This document shows, one piece after another, positions 1 to 10,011 of a stretch of 64,000 bases of DNA. Both the position numbers and the translations under genes were made by a program. The stretch comes from Candidatus Woesearchaeota archaeon (GTDB taxonomy: Archaea > Nanobdellota > Nanobdellia > Pacearchaeales > GW2011-AR1), in NCBI GenBank assembly GCA_964408235.1, contig CAYOYN010000001.1:77450-141449 (forward strand), written 5' to 3'. The notes under the pieces were generated by a model, which saw only the letters and a list, made by a program, of their open reading frames with translations, ran no database searches and was not told where the DNA came from. The stretch's first letter is position 1, and every line of letters begins with the position of its first letter.

Positions 1-2748
1 AATTGTAAGTTCTTTCTGCTCTTCCTTAATTGCAGAATTTTCAATCTGAGGAATTTCAATTTCAAGAGTTTGAGTTTTACCGAATGTACCTAACATAAAT
101 TGAGAGATATAATCTACGATTGATGAAGCTGTTCTTATCTGAGTCCTTGTCTGATCTAGTGTTCCCTGTTCTTCAGCGTTTCGAACAAAACCGCTAGGCT
201 CGAATTTCTGATGTCTAAATTTAGCAAATAAATCATTAACTGAAACTCCATATTGTAGGTTCATAGACATAGATAATGACCATGCGTCTATCAAACCACG
301 AACAGTAGAACCTTGTTTTGCCATTGTTACAAATATTTCTCCTGGCCTACCATCATCATAAAGCCCTACAGTCAAATAACCTTTATGATCTGCAAGTTCA
401 AACTTATGAGTAAGAGATCTTCTAGTCTGAGGCAAAGGTTCTCTTGATTGTTTAACTGTAACGATCTCAGCTTTCTTTGTCATTTCCCCTTCAGTCTTTT
501 TAACATTCAAAGGTTGTGAGCGTTTAGAGTTCTCTCTGTAAATTGCAACCGCTTTTAGTCCGCGCTCCCATGCAAACATGTACGCATCCATTATCTCTTC
601 AACTGTAGCAGATTCTGGCATGTTAATTGTCTTTGAAATTGCTCCAGAGATATAAGGTTGACAAACAGCCATCATTAATACATGTCCTTTGTAGTGGATA
701 GAACGTTTACCTTTAGCTGCTTTAAATGCGCAATCAAACACTGGTAAATGTTCCGTTTTCAAACCAGGAGCACCTTCAATAGTATCGTTTTTATTGATGT
801 AATCTAAAATTTGTTTAGTGTCGTTCTCAGAGTAACCTAATCTACCCAAAGCCAACCCAACAGAACGATTAACTATCTTAAGCATTCCTCCTCCAGAAAG
901 TACCTTATATTTTACCATTGCAATATCTGGTTCAATTCCAGTAGTGTCACAATCCATCATGAATGCAATAGTTCCAGTTGGAGCCAACACTGTAGCTTGT
1001 GAGTTTCTATAACCATATTGTTTACCAAGTTCATAAGCGTCAGACCAAGAATCCCATGCTTCATTAACTAAATAACGTAAATCATAAGGGATTTTATTTA
1101 CATCAATATCTTTTACATGATCTCTGTGCATTTTAATTACTTCAAGCATAGATTCGCGATTCTCATTATAACGAGGGAAAGGCCCTACAACAGATGCAAT
1201 ATTTGCGCTTGCTTTGTAAGCTTGTCCGCACATTAATGCAGTTATAGCAGCACTAACTGCACGACCTTCATCAGAATCATAAGGTAAACCAAAGCTCATC
1301 AAAAGAGCACCTAAGTTAGCATATCCCAATCCAAGAGGTCTAAAGTCATGAGAGTTCTGAGCGATTTTTTCAGTAGGATATGAAGAACCATCTACTAATA
1401 GTTCCATTGACGTGATAAATCTATCAACTACTTTTTTGAAAGATTGAGCATCGAATTTACCATCGTTTCCTAAAAATTTCATTAAATTGATTGATGCTAG
1501 ATTACAAGCAGAATCGTCTAAGAACATATACTCAGAACAAGGGTTAGAAGCATTTATTCTTCCAGAGGCTTTAGAAGTATGATATTTGTTAATTATTGTA
1601 TCAAATTGCATTCCAGGGTCACCACAAATATGTGTTCCTTCAGCTATCTTTCTTAGCATATCTCGAGCCTTGAATGTTTCACAAACTCCTCCAGTCTTAA
1701 CGTACTTAGTTTGCCACTCGCCATCATTCTTTACAGCTTCCATAAATGAATCTGGAGCTCTAACAGACATATTACAATTTTGGAATGCAATAGAAGCATA
1801 AGCTTCTCCATTCATGCCTCCGGAATATCCTTGTTCAATTAAAGCCCAAGCTTTTTTCTCTTCTTTTTGCTTAGATTCAATAAAGTCAATAACATCTGGG
1901 TGATCCACATTAAGTATTTCCATTTTTGCAGCCCTGCGTGTCTTTCCTCCTGACTTAATGGCTCCAGCATAAGCGTCATAACCCCTCATAAAAGACATAG
2001 GTCCACTACTTCTTCCTCCGCCGGTCAATTTCTCTTTACTACTTCTCAAAGTTGAACGATTAGTTCCTGTTCCACTTCCGGCCTTGAATAAATTAGCTTC
2101 TGATACTTGAACTGCCATAATAGAATCCATTGTATCTTCCATGCTTTGAATGAAGCAAGCAGAACATTGAGGTCTATCCATTGTTTTTTGCGAATGAACT
2201 ATTTTATTTGTAGCAGAGTCCCAAACATAAGCTGAAACCCCTCCCGCGTTAGGGTGATATTCCTGAATTCCTACATTAAACCAAACAGGCGAATTAAATA
2301 CAGCCATTTGATTCAAACAAATGGATGCAACCTCATCCCTTAAAGAATCAGCTTGTTCTTGATTAAAATATTTCTGTTTTACTGCTTGTCTTGCTATAAA
2401 ACGAGAAACTCTTCCAATAATCTTTTCAACAGAATCCTCACGTTCATTTTTAGCCTGATCTCCCCAGAAATATTTACTTGCAACAACTTTCAAGGCAAGA
2501 GTGCTCCAGAATTCAGGTTTTTTAACGCCTCTTTGAGTAAATACTACTTTACCCATATCATCTGTAACTGCAACATCTTCACTTACCCAATTAATTTCTG
2601 CACCATACATATTGTATTTGTATGGGTCTCGCCCTAGCTTAGTAAAATACCTTTCAACTAAAGAATTAGGGTTTGCGAAATCGGTTGCCTGCTTTGAAAC
2701 AAAAATAGAAGAGTTTTCGTCTTCAGATCCATTGTTTTCAAAGTTCAT
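1..2748 (-). CDS. nrdJ: Class II (adenosylcobalamin-dependent) ribonucleotide reductase, C-terminus beyond window start
   Basis: Manual minus-strand translation from the ATG at 2748..2746 gives a continuous ORF to the window edge. It was not in the ORF track because it is open-ended. It contains long RNR-like stretches (e.g. ...SACNLASINL..., ...HKGYLTVGLYDDGRPGEIFV...). Large single-chain size is typical of NrdJ. Confidence 0.8.
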   Translation of the reverse strand, partial: MNFENNGSEDENSSIFVSKQATDFANPNSLVERYFTKLGRDPYKYNMYGAEINWVSEDVAVTDDMGKVVFTQRGVKKPEFWSTLALKVVASKYFWGDQAKNEREDSVEKIIGRVSRFIARQAVKQKYFNQEQADSLRDEVASICLNQMAVFNSPVWFNVGIQEYHPNAGGVSAYVWDSATNKIVHSQKTMDRPQCSACFIQSMEDTMDSIMAVQVSEANLFKAGSGTGTNRSTLRSSKEKLTGGGRSSGPMSFMRGYDAYAGAIKSGGKTRRAAKMEILNVDHPDVIDFIESKQKEEKKAWALIEQGYSGGMNGEAYASIAFQNCNMSVRAPDSFMEAVKNDGEWQTKYVKTGGVCETFKARDMLRKIAEGTHICGDPGMQFDTIINKYHTSKASGRINASNPCSEYMFLDDSACNLASINLMKFLGNDGKFDAQSFKKVVDRFITSMELLVDGSSYPTEKIAQNSHDFRPLGLGYANLGALLMSFGLPYDSDEGRAVSAAITALMCGQAYKASANIASVVGPFPRYNENRESMLEVIKMHRDHVKDIDVNKIPYDLRYLVNEAWDSWSDAYELGKQYGYRNSQATVLAPTGTIAFMMDCDTTGIEPDIAMVKYKVLSGGGMLKIVNRSVGLALGRLGYSENDTKQILDYINKNDTIEGAPGLKTEHLPVFDCAFKAAKGKRSIHYKGHVLMMAVCQPYISGAISKTINMPESATVEEIMDAYMFAWERGLKAVAIYRENSKRSQPLNVKKTEGEMTKKAEIVTVKQSREPLPQTRRSLTHKFELADHKGYLTVGLYDDGRPGEIFVTMAKQGSTVRGLIDAWSLSMSMNLQYGVSVNDLFAKFRHQKFEPSGFVRNAEEQGTLDQTRTQIRTASSIVDYISQFMLGTFGKTQTLEIEIPQIENSAIKEEQKELTI

Positions 2749-2977
2749 TATCTTTTTATCCTCTTTTCACCGTCGATAAAAAACATTTTGCGAATATTTT
2801 TTTCAACTTATTTTCCTCAAACAAATTCCATATATAAACTTTTATGTAATTAATTGCTTAATCAATTATTTCTTGATTAATTTTTTAGTAGTAATGTATT
2901 TTTTCATAAAAATATCAATATTTGATCAAATAATAAGAGACAGTAAAGCTTTTAACAGACTAAGTTAAGTAAATATC

Positions 2978-4384
2978 ATGAGATACTCAATTAAACTTTT
3001 ATTATCTTCATTTTTGATCCTAACCTCATTTTTCTTAATTCTTAGTAATTCTTCTGCAGTCGTAAGCACTTTTGATGAAATAAATTATTCTTCAGATTAT
3101 AATCTAATCTTAGTAATGGATGGAGACAGTATTACTGCAGACGTTAACAATCACGGAGTTCAGTTAAGAAGTCTTAGCGGTTATTTTGGAAAGGCAAGAT
3201 TCCACAATATTGCTATTCCATCTTTAACTGCAGATCAAATAAGAAATAAGTATTCAACAGATATCGTAGGGTATAAGCCATCCCAAATAAATGACGAAGG
3301 TTACTACATAGTTTATGCGGGAATAAATGATATCATGTTCTCGCAATCAGCGGATTCAACCTATTTAGAATTGAAAGATATTTGGGCTCAAGCAAGAGCA
3401 GATGGATTTAAAGTAGTGGCATTTACATTAGCCCCTACAATTTTCACTGAAACAATCGGAACAAACTCTCAAGAACTAGTTAAATTAAATAAACTAATAG
3501 TTAGCGATGCTAGTCTGTATGATTATTTAGTTAGGCCAGAATTCTTGATTAATAATTATACAAACACAGTTTATTATCAATCAGATCAAGTTCATTGGAC
3601 GCCTGAAGCCTATAAACAAGTTGCTAGAATGATATACAATCAAATCGAAGCAAGACCATTTCAAACCTCTGCTAGTCCTTCTTCAACATGTTCAGGTCTT
3701 AATTGTCAAGATTTGATACTTAATCCTGCTGGAAAAAAAGTATACATCGGCGCAAGAGGTTCCAATCTTGATTCATCTCTTAATATATACGAAAACTCTC
3801 CAAATACAGACAGCCATTCAGGAATAAGTATTGAACAAGAAGGATTAGGAGATTCAAAAATAGGATTTTTATTAAAAAATATAGCAACTTATAGTATTGG
3901 TTTAGATAATCTAGCACAAGGCTCTAAGTTTAGATTAGTTTCAGGCACAAACTTGAGCAGAAACATTATTTTTGAAGCAGCCTATCCAGGGTTTGCATTA
4001 TTTTCCATCGGCAACAAGCTAAGCCCTTCACAATTCAGAATAACAACTAATGATTCAAACAATTATGGTGATTCAAATATAATCCTTGAGCAATTAGGCT
4101 CTGGAGATCCAAGAATGCAATTTATAGTAAATGGAATATACGGTTTGAAGGTTTGGAATATTGGAGTAGATTATAGTGATGCCGGGAAGTTCAAGATAAG
4201 TCAAGGAGCGAAGGGACGTTTAGAAATTCAAACCGCTCTAGAAATAGACACTTCCGCTAATGTCAGATTACCTACTGGAAAATTAACTATATCTCAATTA
4301 AGTGGGAATTATGTTGCAGGTTCAGCATATGTTTGTGTCAAGAATAATGGAGAACTTTTTGCTAGCGAAACAGCTTGTCCTTAA
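2978..4384 (+). CDS. Secreted SGNH/GDSL-family hydrolase-like protein with beta-rich C-terminal extension
   Basis: N-terminal signal peptide/TM (LLLSSFLILTSFFLIL). A GDS block (LILVMDGDSITAD) near the N-terminus is typical of SGNH hydrolases. The C-terminal half is rich in S/N/G/T. Confidence 0.55.
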   Translation: MRYSIKLLLSSFLILTSFFLILSNSSAVVSTFDEINYSSDYNLILVMDGDSITADVNNHGVQLRSLSGYFGKARFHNIAIPSLTADQIRNKYSTDIVGYKPSQINDEGYYIVYAGINDIMFSQSADSTYLELKDIWAQARADGFKVVAFTLAPTIFTETIGTNSQELVKLNKLIVSDASLYDYLVRPEFLINNYTNTVYYQSDQVHWTPEAYKQVARMIYNQIEARPFQTSASPSSTCSGLNCQDLILNPAGKKVYIGARGSNLDSSLNIYENSPNTDSHSGISIEQEGLGDSKIGFLLKNIATYSIGLDNLAQGSKFRLVSGTNLSRNIIFEAAYPGFALFSIGNKLSPSQFRITTNDSNNYGDSNIILEQLGSGDPRMQFIVNGIYGLKVWNIGVDYSDAGKFKISQGAKGRLEIQTALEIDTSANVRLPTGKLTISQLSGNYVAGSAYVCVKNNGELFASETACP

Positions 4385-4457
4385 TTATTTAGAAGCATCA
4401 GTGAATTGAACGTCAAAAAAATCTTGCAGTTGATTTTTTGGACACTCACAATGCTCT

Positions 4458-5321
4458 TTAAGGTGGCATTGTGATGTCATCTGGTAGAAAAAGAGTAGCT
4501 TTCTTTTGTACTTCTTCAAAATTCTTTATATATTCCTCGTAAGTTGTATTATTATCCTTCTTATAATTGCACCAATCACAGTATCTTCCATTGCAAGAAG
4601 GCCATTCTGTGGTTGTTTCTATTTTCTTTATCAATTCAATTGTGTCTCGTTTTAATTTTTCAAGTTGTTCATCAGTTCTGGATGAAGTCACCTGCCTATT
4701 AAAATTCAAAAAATGCCAAACTAATTTTACTTTTATTTCTTGTCCAAAAGCTTCCTTCAAACCTATATGGTAAAAAGCAAGTTGCCTATCATTATCAAAA
4801 TCCTCTTTCTTCTTCATAGATTGGTTTGTTTTATAATCGTGGACTTCGTAAGTTCCATCCTCAGACATGTCTAATCTATCAATAAATCCTTGGACCTTAT
4901 ATTTCCCATCAGGGTCTAAAGAAAAAAGAACTTTTCTTTCTATTGCAAGCACATTTTGTTTGAATGGCTTGTTTTTAGTATAATAATCTGTTAAAAATCT
5001 AATTCCTTTATTATATGCTTCAATATCATCTCCATTTTCAGCCCTTAAACTTTCATCTTGCAATAAAGACATCCATTTCTCAGTAAAATATTCAGTTAAA
5101 TCATCAATACTTACCTCTCTATGTTTTACTTGATGATAAAGCCATTCAAGGGCTTCGTGAACTGCACTACCTAGAAATAGTGGAATAGTAGTAGGCATAG
5201 GAGGGGCCTTTTTATCGATATACTTTAACTTGTAAAATTCAGGACAAGATTCATACAACCAAAGTTTAGAGTGTGAATAGATTACTTCTCCGTTTCCATT
5301 GCCTGATTTTTTTGCCATCAT
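4458..5321 (-). CDS. PD-(D/E)xK nuclease, Cas4/RecB-like exonuclease with Cys cluster
   Basis: N-terminal Cys (LYESCPEFYKLKY) plus C-terminal CX..CDWC cluster (SCNGRYCDWCNYKK). Central D...D..EVHDYK motif consistent with Cas4-like DUF83 nucleases. Confidence 0.55.
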   Translation of the reverse strand: MMAKKSGNGNGEVIYSHSKLWLYESCPEFYKLKYIDKKAPPMPTTIPLFLGSAVHEALEWLYHQVKHREVSIDDLTEYFTEKWMSLLQDESLRAENGDDIEAYNKGIRFLTDYYTKNKPFKQNVLAIERKVLFSLDPDGKYKVQGFIDRLDMSEDGTYEVHDYKTNQSMKKKEDFDNDRQLAFYHIGLKEAFGQEIKVKLVWHFLNFNRQVTSSRTDEQLEKLKRDTIELIKKIETTTEWPSCNGRYCDWCNYKKDNNTTYEEYIKNFEEVQKKATLFLPDDITMPP

Positions 5322-5599
5322 CCTTTATCCTCTTATGTCAGAGACATAAAAACTCAGCTTATAAAAACATGTCTATAAAAATAGGTAAATTATCTTCCTG
5401 CAACTCTTCTAGATACTTTTCTCTTTAAGATTGCTTTTCTTCTTGATCTTCTTATTGTCTTTCTCATACCAAATAATTGTAAAAATTGTTTATAAACTTT
5501 ACCTTATGGAGTAATGTCACAAAAAAGGGATGTGAAATGCAAGGCCACATTCGGGACTTATTAAAATTAATTTACTAAATTTTCAATAATTGATGATTT

Positions 5600-6703
5600 T
5601 TAAATCAAACCTCTTAAAACTTTCAAGAAATAATCTGCATCACTCTTCTTTACATCATAAGGTAAGGAAATTCTAATAGAGCTTTTCATTTCTTTAGAAG
5701 ATAACCCGATACTTTTCAAAGCATTATCTTCAACATCTTTCCTAGAGTCACAAGCGCTTCCAATTGAAATGTATATTCCTTTGGAAGATAAATCATAAAG
5801 TAATCTTTCGGCATCTATAGACTGAAGGGTAACAAAAATATTATTTACTAATCTATTATCTATTGAACCAATCACTTTACCTCCAATTTTTTCAAGTTCA
5901 AAAATTAAATAATCTCTAATCTTTGAAACATTACTCCAATCTTTTTTTAAAGACATTTCAATAGCTTTAGCAAATCCAATAATTCCTGGAACATTTTCTG
6001 TTCCGCTTCGTAAACCTTTTTCTTGGCCCCCGCCTTGAATTAAAGGAGATATTTTAACTCCGTCTTTGACATATAAAATTCCTATTCCTTTAGGCCCGTT
6101 AATTTTATGTGCAGAAGCAGAAAGTAAATCAATATTCCAATCGTGGACTAGTATCTTTGTCTTTCCAAAAGTTTGTGCAGCATCCGTGTGAAATAAGGTG
6201 CCTTTTTTCTTGCATATGTCTCCTATTTTTTTTAAGTCTTGAATTGTTCCAAAGATATTATTTCCATGCATAACTGAAACAAAAAGAGTTTCTGAATCGA
6301 TATTTTCTTCGATAAAACCTAAATCAACAAACCCTTCATTATTTACTGGAATTTCTACTATTTTATAACCCCAATTCTTGAAAAGATTAGCAGTTTCGCG
6401 AACGGAAGGATGTTCAATAGAGGAAATTAAGATTTTCTTTTTTTGCGTTGTATGAGCAAGTCCTGAAAAGATCCAATTATTTGATTCTGTAGTGCCGGAA
6501 GTAAAATAAATCTCATAAGGTTTCGCACCTATTGCTCTTGCAATTTTGGTTCTTGATTCAAGAACTATTTTAGAAGCCTTGTCTCCTAAAGCATGAGAAG
6601 AGCTAGGATTCCCGTAATTTTTAATCATGCAATCCCTAACTACTTCAACAACTTCTTTATCTACGGCTGTTGTAGAGCTAGCATCAAAATACAATTCTTT
6701 CAT
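5600..6703 (-). CDS. iscS: Cysteine desulfurase (class V aminotransferase, IscS/NifS-like)
   Basis: PLP-lysine motif SASAHKINGPKGIGILY. HALGD, TSGTTESNN and catalytic Cys loop SIGSACDS are typical of NifS/IscS. Confidence 0.8.
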   Translation of the reverse strand: MKELYFDASSTTAVDKEVVEVVRDCMIKNYGNPSSSHALGDKASKIVLESRTKIARAIGAKPYEIYFTSGTTESNNWIFSGLAHTTQKKKILISSIEHPSVRETANLFKNWGYKIVEIPVNNEGFVDLGFIEENIDSETLFVSVMHGNNIFGTIQDLKKIGDICKKKGTLFHTDAAQTFGKTKILVHDWNIDLLSASAHKINGPKGIGILYVKDGVKISPLIQGGGQEKGLRSGTENVPGIIGFAKAIEMSLKKDWSNVSKIRDYLIFELEKIGGKVIGSIDNRLVNNIFVTLQSIDAERLLYDLSSKGIYISIGSACDSRKDVEDNALKSIGLSSKEMKSSIRISLPYDVKKSDADYFLKVLRGLI

Positions 6704-6753
6704 TACTCTCTAAATATAATAATCTTTATAAAACAATCTTCCAAGATAAAACT

Positions 6754-7095
6754 ATGACTTTAGATTTTTCAGGAGTTAGGGGAGGAATAGTTGTAGGTTA
6801 TCAATTTGATATTGTCGAAAAAAGACCTGTTAGAAGAGCAGTAGCATTTGAAGAGGCAGTATTACCCTATGCAGCAGTTAACCCTACAAGATGGGAAGCA
6901 TATGCTAACATGAGAGATCATGTAAAATCTATAGGTGAAAAACAAAGAAATAGAAGCGGTATAGATTTTGAGTTAGATGCCAAAGACGCTTTGAGAAAAG
7001 AAGTTTTAACTAAAACTATGCAATTAATAGCAGATGTTTACTTAAGCAAAGGTTTTATTCATAACGAACCAATTCCAAAGAAAGAAGTAAGATAA
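6754..7095 (+). CDS. Hypothetical protein
   Basis: 113-aa ORF with good coding composition. No recognisable motif. Confidence 0.45.
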   Translation: MTLDFSGVRGGIVVGYQFDIVEKRPVRRAVAFEEAVLPYAAVNPTRWEAYANMRDHVKSIGEKQRNRSGIDFELDAKDALRKEVLTKTMQLIADVYLSKGFIHNEPIPKKEVR

Positions 7096-7121
7096 TTAAA
7101 TAGAATATTATTTGATATTAC

Positions 7122-7877
7122 ATGAAAATAATTTCTTGGAATGTTAATGGGATTCGCGCAGCCATAAAAAAAGGATTTCTTGATTCAATGAAGAAAGAAA
7201 ATGCAGATATTATTTGCCTTCAAGAAATAAAGGCGCATCCAGAACAAGTTGATAAAATTCTTTCAGATTACGAGCATCATGTTTGGAATCCGGCAGAAAA
7301 GAAAGGTTATTCTGGAACTGCGATATTTAGTAAGGTCAAACCAATTTCAATAAAGCTAGGGAAAGAATTATTAGGGGACTCTGAAGGTAGAGTAATAGTT
7401 GCAGAGTTTGAAAGATTTTTTTTAGTAAATGTTTATACTCCGAATTCCCAAAGGGGATTATTAAGATTAAGCCACAGATTGGAGTGGGATAATAAATTCT
7501 TGAAAATGTTAAAATTTTTAGAAAATAAAAAGCCTATAATTTTCTGCGGAGACTTAAATGTTGCTCACAAGGAAATAGATATCGCTAGACCAAAGGATAA
7601 TGTAAAAAATGCAGGTTTTACTCCTGAAGAAAGGAATAGTTTTGAAAATTATATTACTCATGGATTCATAGATTCTTTCAGATATTTTCACCCAGATTTA
7701 AAAGACCAATATAGTTGGTGGAGTCAAATGCATAACGCAAGGGCAAAGAATATAGGGTGGAGAATAGATTATTTTTGTATCTCTGACTCTTTAAAGAATA
7801 ATTTAGTATCAGCAAATATCTTAAAAGATATTAAAGGTAGCGATCATTGCCCTATTTCAATTAATCTAAAATTCTGA
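7122..7877 (+). CDS. xthA: Exodeoxyribonuclease III / AP endonuclease (ExoIII family)
   Basis: MKIISWNVNGIRA N-terminus, QEIK, GDLNVAH and C-terminal SDHCPI are hallmark ExoIII/APE1 motifs. Confidence 0.85.
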   Translation: MKIISWNVNGIRAAIKKGFLDSMKKENADIICLQEIKAHPEQVDKILSDYEHHVWNPAEKKGYSGTAIFSKVKPISIKLGKELLGDSEGRVIVAEFERFFLVNVYTPNSQRGLLRLSHRLEWDNKFLKMLKFLENKKPIIFCGDLNVAHKEIDIARPKDNVKNAGFTPEERNSFENYITHGFIDSFRYFHPDLKDQYSWWSQMHNARAKNIGWRIDYFCISDSLKNNLVSANILKDIKGSDHCPISINLKF

Positions 7878-7878
7878 T

Positions 7879-8112
7879 CTATATTGAGCTCAAATAATCT
7901 TCTAATAATCTCTCTAATCTCTGCCTAACTTTTTTAGGTGCAAGTTCCTTAGAGTCTAGAGCACTCCACGTTCCCCAAGAGCCATAAAATTCCAACGCTT
8001 CGGTTTTTGACCTAAGAGGTAAACCAAAAAATGTAGGAGTATATTCAACAACCATCAAGTAATAATTTGGGTTTTCAACCGAACGCCTTAATTCCAATAA
8101 GCGATAATTCAT
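7879..8112 (-). CDS. Hypothetical small protein
   Basis: 77-aa ORF filling an intergenic gap. No motif. Confidence 0.3.
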   Translation of the reverse strand: MNYRLLELRRSVENPNYYLMVVEYTPTFFGLPLRSKTEALEFYGSWGTWSALDSKELAPKKVRQRLERLLEDYLSSI

Positions 8113-8148
8113 AGAAAAAACATTATGAAAATGCTTTTTTAAATATAA

Positions 8149-8520
8149 TCAATCAATATTGCAACCAGAAATTTGAATTAATTCTTCCAATTGCTTTACT
8201 CCATAAACTATTTGTTTACCTATGTGCCAAGCTGGAACCCCGCCCTCAGGACATTCGTTTACATTGGAACAGATAATTGTGTTAATGGTCTTAGAAGCTT
8301 CAGTTCCAAACAAACCCAGTTGTGTTTCGCAGTCCGGACATGTATTAGATACATAAAGCACAGCGTTTTTACCATTCAAACAAGTAGCAAGTTTCATTTT
8401 TTCATCTTCTCCAAGTACATAACCTGTAGTTTTTGAAAACCAATCGCTAAAATAATAAAGCCCAAACAAGACAAGAATAAGAACTCCAAAGGTAATCATT
8501 GTTTTTCTATACTGTTCCAT
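8149..8520 (-). CDS. Membrane-anchored thioredoxin-fold protein (CxxC)
   Basis: N-terminal TM helix (ITFGVLILVLFGLYYF) followed by a CPDC redox motif (YVSNTCPDCETQ). Glutaredoxin/thioredoxin-like size. Confidence 0.5.
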   Translation of the reverse strand: MEQYRKTMITFGVLILVLFGLYYFSDWFSKTTGYVLGEDEKMKLATCLNGKNAVLYVSNTCPDCETQLGLFGTEASKTINTIICSNVNECPEGGVPAWHIGKQIVYGVKQLEELIQISGCNID

Positions 8521-8580
8521 ATTTACTAAAGTATTAGAACCTATAAAAACATTTATAATAAGCTCAAATCAGTAGATATT

Positions 8581-9132
8581 ATGGTCTGGTTAGGAGTATC
8601 AATCGGAATAGCTATTTTATTAGTTGTAATGTTCATATATTATTATAACAGATTAGTTAGCCTAAGCAATCAAATTGACAATTCTCTTTCACAAATAGAT
8701 GTTCAACTTAAGAAACGTTCAGATTTAGTCCCTAACTTATTAGCTTCAGTTAAAGGTTATATGAAACACGAAAAAGAAGCAATATCTTCAGTTACAGAAG
8801 CAAGAAAAGCAATGTTAGGTGCAAAGTCCTTTGAAGGTAAAGTAAAAGCTGGAGCTAAACTAGAATCTGCTCTAGGTTCAATCTTTGTAATTGCAGAAAA
8901 CTATCCTCAATTGAGGGCTAGTGAAAATTTCACCCAATTACAACAAGAACTTTCATCAATAGAGGAAAAAATAGCATATGCTAGACAATTTTACAATGAT
9001 GGAATTTTGTCATATAACAATGCATGCACAACATTTCCTGGTAAACTTTTTGCATCAATTTACGGTAAGAAAGAAAAGAAATTTTTAGAGATTAAAGCAG
9101 AAGAACGCGCAGTTCCTAAAGTAAGCTTCTAA
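8581..9132 (+). CDS. lemA: LemA family protein
   Basis: N-terminal TM helix then YNRLV...QIDVQLKKRSDLVPNL...AENYPQLRASENF...AYARQFYN, typical LemA. Confidence 0.8.
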   Translation: MVWLGVSIGIAILLVVMFIYYYNRLVSLSNQIDNSLSQIDVQLKKRSDLVPNLLASVKGYMKHEKEAISSVTEARKAMLGAKSFEGKVKAGAKLESALGSIFVIAENYPQLRASENFTQLQQELSSIEEKIAYARQFYNDGILSYNNACTTFPGKLFASIYGKKEKKFLEIKAEERAVPKVSF

Positions 9133-9164
9133 ATATTTATATATTCAGGTTAATTGGTTTCAGA

Positions 9165-9785
9165 ATGATAAAAAGAGCCTATGTTTTCAGCTTGATTTCA
9201 TTAATTTTTCTTTCAACTTTAGTTTTGGGGGCAGGAATTTCTACGGGAGATACAGATGATTCAAATTCAGAAAACGAAAGAAAACCTACAGAGTCGAGAA
9301 TAGTTTGTGAAGAAAAAGAAACTTTAAGAGAAAGAGTTAAGTGCAGGTTAGAAAATAGGGCAGCATTAAAGAATTATGCATATAATGTAGTAGAGGAAGC
9401 TTGTAGAGATGGCAGATTCAAAGAAAGATGTGAAGCATTATATGAAAGGTCCGCCAAATGTTATAATGAAGATAACCCGGTTATCAAAAAAAGATGCTTT
9501 TTATCGGAAGCAGGGATTAATTTCAATTCCCAAGGAACATTTAGAGCAGCTCCAGATGAAGCTAAAAGAAATTATGTAGTTTTGTTATTGTATGAATTAC
9601 AAGAAAGAATAGAAAAAATGCAGGAAGAAGGAAAGATCACTACTGAACAAGCGACAAGCTTAGTTACAAAAATAGTAGAAATAAAAAAGATGATTTTAGC
9701 AGGAGATTCTAGGGAAGATATTGTAGTTAAAATGAAAGAATTTAAAGAAGAATATCGCACAGTGATGGCTGGAGTAGAGAAATGA
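9165..9785 (+). CDS. Secreted cysteine-containing hypothetical protein
   Basis: Signal peptide (LISLIFLSTLVLGAG). Several Cys in the mature part. Confidence 0.5.
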   Translation: MIKRAYVFSLISLIFLSTLVLGAGISTGDTDDSNSENERKPTESRIVCEEKETLRERVKCRLENRAALKNYAYNVVEEACRDGRFKERCEALYERSAKCYNEDNPVIKKRCFLSEAGINFNSQGTFRAAPDEAKRNYVVLLLYELQERIEKMQEEGKITTEQATSLVTKIVEIKKMILAGDSREDIVVKMKEFKEEYRTVMAGVEK

Positions 9786-9982
9786 TTAAAATAATTATGT
9801 GGATTATAGTTGCAATAGTGATTGTTGGAGGTTTAGTTTGGTTTATGTCTCCGGATCAATCCATTGACACAACAAATACAGATTCAGAAACAACAAATAC
9901 GGAAATAACTGAAACTTCAAGCATAACATCTTCAGATGAAGTTTTTACAGAAATAGATAGTGCATTAGAAGGCTTGGAATAG
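9782..9982 (+). CDS. Small membrane protein with acidic T/S-rich tail
   Basis: ATGA start/stop overlap with the upstream gene. One TM helix then DTTNTDSETTNTEITETSS. Confidence 0.4.
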   Translation: MIKIIMWIIVAIVIVGGLVWFMSPDQSIDTTNTDSETTNTEITETSSITSSDEVFTEIDSALEGLE

Positions 9983-10011
9983 TTTATTAATAATCAAATT
10001 TTACTAAAAAT

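Noticed and set aside
1586-2637. Plus-strand ORFs 1586-1801 and 2353-2637
   Set aside because: They lie antisense inside the continuous nrdJ reading frame and have low-complexity hydrophobic or Cys-rich translations typical of AT-rich antisense frames.
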